From Vulcanimicrobiota bacterium (GTDB lineage: Bacteria; Vulcanimicrobiota; Vulcanimicrobiia; Vulcanimicrobiales; Vulcanimicrobiaceae), in contig PKZK01000132.1 of NCBI GenBank assembly GCA_003133025.1, forward strand, positions 24,130 through 34,546: a DNA stretch of 10,417 nt, in the 5' to 3' direction. The notes under the pieces were generated by a model. That model had not been told where the DNA came from. It saw only the letters and a list, made by a program, of their open reading frames with translations, and did no database searches. Position 1 is the stretch's first letter. Every line of letters begins with the position of its first letter. Made by a program: the position numbers and the translations under genes. Below, piece by piece: positions 5,740 to 10,417 of this stretch.

Positions 5740-8700
5740 GTGCAGACGCTGATCCCCGACATCTCGCATACGCTGGGCGGCGTCTTCGGCTTGCGCCCCG
5801 ACGCCTTCGTCGACGCGCTGCATCAGCCGTACGTCATTCCGCTTGCGATCGCCATCGGACTCGGAGCCGGGCTTTCCGAGGCGATCGGGCAGAGCGTGGT
5901 GCTCTTCACGAGCGGCGTCAAGCCGGCGCGCTTCATCTTCAGCCTGGCGGTCAACGGGCTGCTCTTCGTGCTCGGCTACGGGTTCTTGCTGCTCTCCACG
6001 TTCGCGATCATGTCGTTGCCGGGCCGCTCGCACGTCCCGCTGCCGTTGCTCGCGCTGGTCTTCGCGCTGAGTTACGCGCCCGCACTCTTCTCGTTCCTCG
6101 GCGCGTTGCCGTACTGCGGGTCCACGATACTCTGGGGCCTGCGCATCTGGCACCTGTGCGCGATGGTGGCGGGCGTCTCCGCATTCGCCAGCGACTCGCC
6201 CATCGACGAACTGACCGACGTCGGCCTGGGCTGGCTCTTCCTCGCGATCGCGCAACAGACGTTCGGCAAACCCATCACCAAAGCGGGAGCGTGGCTACTC
6301 GACGCCGTTTCGGGCGTGAGCGTGGCCGACTCCGATCAGATCGGTGGGCGTTTCGGGGCCGACCGGCCGCCCGGCGTCAGCGTCAGCGCCGGCGGGGGCG
6401 CGGCCGCGGGCAAGACGTCGACCGCGCCCGCCGCGCGCGCCGTGACGCATTCGACGGCCTGGAAAACCTGGCTCGGCCTCGCGGGCCTGGCCGCGTTTGC
6501 GATCGTGTTGAGCATCGTGCTGCGACCCGTGCACGGCGCGCTCTTCGGCTGGGAGAAGCACGTGCCGGCGGTGGTGCGCCTGCCGCTCGATTTCGGCTGG
6601 ATCGCCATCGTCGGCGTGATCGTCGCGGGCTTCATCGCGCCCGCCGAGACGCTGGGCTGGTACGCCGGCTGGTACGGCGACGGTTTGACCAAAGTCGATG
6701 CCGGGAAGGCCACGAGCAAGGGCGACGACGGCAGCGTCGCGCGCTACGTCGTCTACCTCGACGGCATCTCGCAATCGAGTTCGAAGTACATGCCCGACAT
6801 CGAGTACTTCCTCGACGCGCTAACACCGCGACTTCCCGCGAACGCGCGCTTGGTACGCGGTCTCATGACCTATTCGGTCATGAACAAGCCGCTCGACGAC
6901 GATCCGCTCTTCTCCGGCTTCTGGCGCCTGGTCGAAGCCGTGCGCTTGAAGAATCCGACGAGCATTCTCGGGATGCTGATCAACTTGCGCAACGTGCTGA
7001 TCGTGGCCGTCTCGGCCGACCGGCGCTACGGCCCGCTCTACAATTACGGCATCGCGCAACTCGTCTACGACGGCCTGATCGAAGCCGGCTACCGCCCGCG
7101 CAGCGGTACGCCGGTCACGCTGATCGGCTATAGCGGCGGCGGCCAAATGTCGGCCGGCTGCGCCGCTTTTCTGCGCGAAGCGCTGGAGGCGCCCATCGAC
7201 GTGATCTCGCTCGGCGGCGTGATCAGCGGCTCCGCGCAGTTGCTCGATCTCGAACATCTCTATCACTTCCGCGGCACGAAGGACAACGTGCAACGCCTCG
7301 GGCCGATCATGTTCGCCTCGCGCTGGAAGATCTCGGTGCTCTCCAATTGGAATCGCGCCCTGCGTTTGGGCCGCATCAGCCTCCATTCGCTCGGGCCCGT
7401 GGGCCATCAGGTGCCGGGCGGCATGCTCGATCCCGGCCGCACGCTGCCCGACGGACGCACCTTTTTGGAACAAACGCTGGAATGCATCGACGCCGTGCTC
7501 AACGGCACGCTGCGGCTCGAAGCGCCGCCCGCGCCCGAGGTGCCGAGCAACTTCTCCGCTTACGTTGCGGCGGCGTGGAATCGGCCGGAGACCTATCCGC
7601 CGCAAGCCGCCGTCGACACCACGCGCTATCACCAAGTGGGCGAGTGGATGGGCCGGCTCATTTTGCCTGCGAACGACGAACGCGAAGCGGTCGACGGCGC
7701 CTGGTTCGAAGTGCACAACGCGCCCGCACCGCATCGCAATTTGATCGGCGAAAAGGTGAAGCTGCGCTGGAGCGCCGATCCGCTGGTGCGCGATCTCGTG
7801 CGCGCGGTGACCCACGACGTGCACTTCGGCGCGCGCGCCGCGCAAACGAGCCGGCGCGGCGGCCTCGTGCAGCCGTACCGGCTCGACGGCCGCAGGCTCG
7901 TCGGGCCGCTGGAGTCGCTCGCCGGTTCGCATCCGGACGACGACGTGCTGGTCGTGCTGGCGGGGCCGGTCGCCGTGGAACAGGGACGCGATCCGATCGT
8001 GCGCGTGATGCGCCAACCCGTGCAGATCGCGGCGCGCTGGTACGGTTTGGTGCGCATCGTCGCGCCGGCGGGGGACGAAACGCTCGAAGTCGTGCACTTC
8101 AATCGCGAAACGCGCGCCTTCGACGGGCCGGCCGAAACGCTACGCGCGCCGGCGCCCGTCGCCGACCGCAGCGGCCTGCCCACCTCGACGTTGCTCGGGC
8201 TGGATACTTCACCACTCAACGAACTCGGCTGGTACGTCTACGGCATGCCCGATGCCGAAGGACGCTTCGTGGTGCGCGCGCTCGCGCCGCGGGCGCTGCT
8301 CGGCCTCACGCCGCAACGCTCGCTGCCCGCCACCCGGGCGCGCCGGTATCTCGACGACGAGTGCTGGCGCGACATCGTCGCGCACAAGGGTGGCGCGCTC
8401 TCGGTGCGTCTCGACGAGAGCGAGTGGAAGACCGGCGACTCGGCGTTGCTCGTGCACACCTACGGCGGCATCGGCGGCGCGCGCGCCGAGGGCTCGGGGA
8501 AGGGTCCGCTCTATTTCGGACACTTCGCCTTCGGTTTCGCCGACGTCGTCGACGACCCGGTCTCGCTCGAACCGCGCTTCGAGATCGTCTTCGAGCAGGT
8601 CTACACGCACAATACCGACGGCCTGATCGCCGGCGCGCTGCACTGGTCGCGCTACATCGGCGACCGCCAATTCGGCTGGGAAGGCCTGCGCCCCACCTGC

Positions 8701-9228
8701 AACATCTTGCTCAAACTCGACGCCTTCGGCCCGGCGCGCATCGCGCTGCTCGGCCAATTGGAAGCGATGACCGCGCGCTACCGCATCGGCGACGGCACCG
8801 GCGGCACGTATGTCGGCGCGGCCAACAACTGCGCGCAAGACTCCAATCGCGCGCTGTTCGGCGCCCTGCGCGCGCTCGACGCGTTGCCCTCGCGGCGCTG
8901 GTGGAAGCCCGCGCACAAGAAGCATCTGCCGGTCTTGACCGCGCTGGCCAAGGATCTGCGCGACCGCCTCCAGCCGTTCGGCGCGCCGCGCCAAGACTGG
9001 ACCGAGAACCGCTTCGATCTGGGCAGCACGATGCAGGACGAGCCGCTGGAACAACTGCGTATGGGCCTGGGCAGTTGGCGCGTCGCCATCCCGCGACTCG
9101 CTTCCGACACGATCGTGGGCGCGTTTCTGCGCCACGGCGCACGCGCGTGGGTGCTCGGCACCTCGCAACTCGGCGAGCGGCCGGAGATCGAGCCCGTGGT
9201 GCCCATGACGTTGCCGATCGCCCGGTAG
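5740..9228 (+). CDS. Large membrane-anchored multidomain protein: N-terminal multi-TM region, alpha/beta hydrolase-like domain and C-terminal putative permuted papain-like (His...NC) domain
   Basis: 1162-aa open frame with protein-like composition. About 7 hydrophobic segments lie in aa 1-310. Motifs are VVYLDGI, TLIGYSGGGQ (GxSxG, Ser465), GTKD (Asp515), GPVGH (His556), YFGHFAFG (His928) and YVGAANNCAQD (Cys1031). From memory it resembles cyanobacterial proteins loosely annotated 'CAAX protease' or 'abortive infection protein' (not verified). Confidence 0.8.
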   Translation: MQTLIPDISHTLGGVFGLRPDAFVDALHQPYVIPLAIAIGLGAGLSEAIGQSVVLFTSGVKPARFIFSLAVNGLLFVLGYGFLLLSTFAIMSLPGRSHVPLPLLALVFALSYAPALFSFLGALPYCGSTILWGLRIWHLCAMVAGVSAFASDSPIDELTDVGLGWLFLAIAQQTFGKPITKAGAWLLDAVSGVSVADSDQIGGRFGADRPPGVSVSAGGGAAAGKTSTAPAARAVTHSTAWKTWLGLAGLAAFAIVLSIVLRPVHGALFGWEKHVPAVVRLPLDFGWIAIVGVIVAGFIAPAETLGWYAGWYGDGLTKVDAGKATSKGDDGSVARYVVYLDGISQSSSKYMPDIEYFLDALTPRLPANARLVRGLMTYSVMNKPLDDDPLFSGFWRLVEAVRLKNPTSILGMLINLRNVLIVAVSADRRYGPLYNYGIAQLVYDGLIEAGYRPRSGTPVTLIGYSGGGQMSAGCAAFLREALEAPIDVISLGGVISGSAQLLDLEHLYHFRGTKDNVQRLGPIMFASRWKISVLSNWNRALRLGRISLHSLGPVGHQVPGGMLDPGRTLPDGRTFLEQTLECIDAVLNGTLRLEAPPAPEVPSNFSAYVAAAWNRPETYPPQAAVDTTRYHQVGEWMGRLILPANDEREAVDGAWFEVHNAPAPHRNLIGEKVKLRWSADPLVRDLVRAVTHDVHFGARAAQTSRRGGLVQPYRLDGRRLVGPLESLAGSHPDDDVLVVLAGPVAVEQGRDPIVRVMRQPVQIAARWYGLVRIVAPAGDETLEVVHFNRETRAFDGPAETLRAPAPVADRSGLPTSTLLGLDTSPLNELGWYVYGMPDAEGRFVVRALAPRALLGLTPQRSLPATRARRYLDDECWRDIVAHKGGALSVRLDESEWKTGDSALLVHTYGGIGGARAEGSGKGPLYFGHFAFGFADVVDDPVSLEPRFEIVFEQVYTHNTDGLIAGALHWSRYIGDRQFGWEGLRPTCNILLKLDAFGPARIALLGQLEAMTARYRIGDGTGGTYVGAANNCAQDSNRALFGALRALDALPSRRWWKPAHKKHLPVLTALAKDLRDRLQPFGAPRQDWTENRFDLGSTMQDEPLEQLRMGLGSWRVAIPRLASDTIVGAFLRHGARAWVLGTSQLGERPEIEPVVPMTLPIAR

Positions 9229-9268
9229 CGATACAGGCTCCCGGCGCGGCCGCGTCCTACATGAGGGC

Positions 9269-9724
9269 ATGGCCCTTCCTTCGGTCGACTTGCAACGCAC
9301 CGCGCCCCGTCGCTGGAACGAGCGGGTCAACGGCATCTGCTGGCTGCCGCGCATGATCGATAAGGCCCGCGCGTACGACGCGGGCGCGCTCGGCCACTAT
9401 CTGTTCGGCCAGAGTCCCGTCGACAACAGTTTGCTCGGCGCGGCCCGCCTCGGGCATGGCGACGTGCTCGAAGCGGTCCGCGCGTGCGCCGACGATGCGG
9501 GCGTGCTGGCCGAACTCGAACGCCGCTCCCCGGGTGCGACCGCGCGCATGCAGGCCTGGAGCGCGCGGCCCGGCCCGTTCAACGTTTTCGTGTTCAATCT
9601 CGTCGATGCAGATGAGGGGTATACGTCGGGCGTCTTTCCCTCGCTGCTACGCGCGTTGCCCGCAAACGGGATCGCCGAACTGTTGCGGCGTGCCGGGCCG
9701 CGTTCTCCGGGGCAAACTGCGTGA
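9269..9724 (+). CDS. DUF5069-like protein of unknown function
   Basis: DLQRTAPRRWNERVNGICWLPRMIDKARA..GALGHY..SPVD matches my recollection of the DUF5069 pattern (PR..LPRMIDKARA..G.LG.Y..P.D), with a C-terminal DADEG. GAGGG lies just upstream, and the stop overlaps the next GTG. Confidence 0.72.
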   Translation: MALPSVDLQRTAPRRWNERVNGICWLPRMIDKARAYDAGALGHYLFGQSPVDNSLLGAARLGHGDVLEAVRACADDAGVLAELERRSPGATARMQAWSARPGPFNVFVFNLVDADEGYTSGVFPSLLRALPANGIAELLRRAGPRSPGQTA

Positions 9725-10350
9725 ACGTTACCATCTTCGGTGCGACCGGCGGGGTCGGCACGCATCTCCTGCGCGACTGCCTGGCCGCAGGCCACAGCGT
9801 GCGCGCGCTCGTGCGCGATCCCACGAAGATCCCGCGCGATCTCGAAGCCGCGCAGGTGGAGCCGCTCGTGGGCGACGCGCGCGATCCGGCGGACGTGGCC
9901 GCGGCGATCGCCGGAAGCGAGATCGTCTTCTCCGCACTCGGCGGCGACGACCTCAAGGAGACCACGCTCTATTCCGTCGGCGGCGGCAATATCGTCGACG
10001 CGATGGAACGAAGCGGCCCCAAGCGCTTGATCGTGGTCACCTCCGGCGGCGTGGAGCGCGAACCCAATGCCAACTTCATCCAGCGCACGCTCGTGTTCGG
10101 CGGCATCCTCAAGAACGTCCTGACCGACATGCGGCGCATGGAAGAGCGCATCACCGCCTCGTCGCTCGCCTGGACGATCGTGCGCCCAACGCGCCTCATG
10201 GACGATCCCGCAACCGGCAACTACCGCGCCGTCGAGCGCTACATGCCCAAGGGCGCCGCCCGCATCAACCGCGCCGACGTCGCCGGCTTCATGCTCAAAG
10301 CCGCCGCCGACGACGCAACCATCGGAAAGATCATCGCGCTCGCCGAATAG
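9721..10350 (+). CDS. NAD(P)H-binding atypical SDR, flavin reductase / biliverdin-IXbeta reductase-like
   Basis: Rossmann motif IFGATGGVG, ALVRDP, GDARD, WTIVRP and INRADVAGFML. GTGA overlap with the upstream gene. Confidence 0.9.
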   Translation: MNVTIFGATGGVGTHLLRDCLAAGHSVRALVRDPTKIPRDLEAAQVEPLVGDARDPADVAAAIAGSEIVFSALGGDDLKETTLYSVGGGNIVDAMERSGPKRLIVVTSGGVEREPNANFIQRTLVFGGILKNVLTDMRRMEERITASSLAWTIVRPTRLMDDPATGNYRAVERYMPKGAARINRADVAGFMLKAAADDATIGKIIALAE

Positions 10351-10371
10351 CGCTTCCGCTAAACCCCACCG

Positions 10372-10416
10372 TTAGGGCCGAAGTTCGTAATACACCCCGT
10401 CGGGCCGCTTCGCCGC
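10372..10416 (-). CDS. Possible 3' end of a convergent gene entering from the right edge
   Basis: The minus strand reads AAKRPDGVYYELRP* with TAA at 10374-10372, 21 nt beyond the SDR stop. It is too short to identify. Confidence 0.3.
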   Translation of the reverse strand, partial: AAKRPDGVYYELRP

Positions 10417-10417
10417 C

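Noticed and set aside
4884..7133. 749-aa alternative-frame ORF on the + strand
   Set aside because: It is Arg-rich with no motifs and overlaps two well-supported genes, an expected artefact of stop-codon scarcity at high GC.
7347..9356. 669-aa alternative-frame ORF and long antisense ORFs (6820-8097, 8209-9354, also 4555-5715)
   Set aside because: These are shadow or antisense frames of genuine genes, with no recognisable domains.
10351..10385. Possible terminator after the SDR gene
   Set aside because: Pairing is weak (CTAA/TTAG) and there is no U-tract.

Overview
High-GC bacterial window with every complete gene on the + strand. It opens with a translationally coupled module: the C-terminal end of a circularly permuted type 2 ATP-grasp ligase (1-42), an alpha-E protein (42-992) and a transglutaminase with a QQQQQ tail (992-1855). 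An MFS transporter follows, and its natural coupled ATG (1852) is cut off by an in-frame TGA at codon 5. A 111-nt intergenic region then carries a -10-like hexamer and a nested stem-loop structure. Next come a HisC-like PLP aminotransferase, an ICMT/PEMT-family membrane methyltransferase and a fluoroacetate-dehalogenase-type alpha/beta hydrolase. A 1162-aa protein appears to join a multi-TM domain, a Ser-Asp-His alpha/beta hydrolase domain and a His...NNC permuted papain-like domain. The window ends with a DUF5069-like protein, an atypical SDR/flavin-reductase-like protein and possibly the 3' end of a convergent gene. I saw no tRNA, rRNA, CRISPR array or mobile element. All family calls come from motif recognition by eye, with no database searches.
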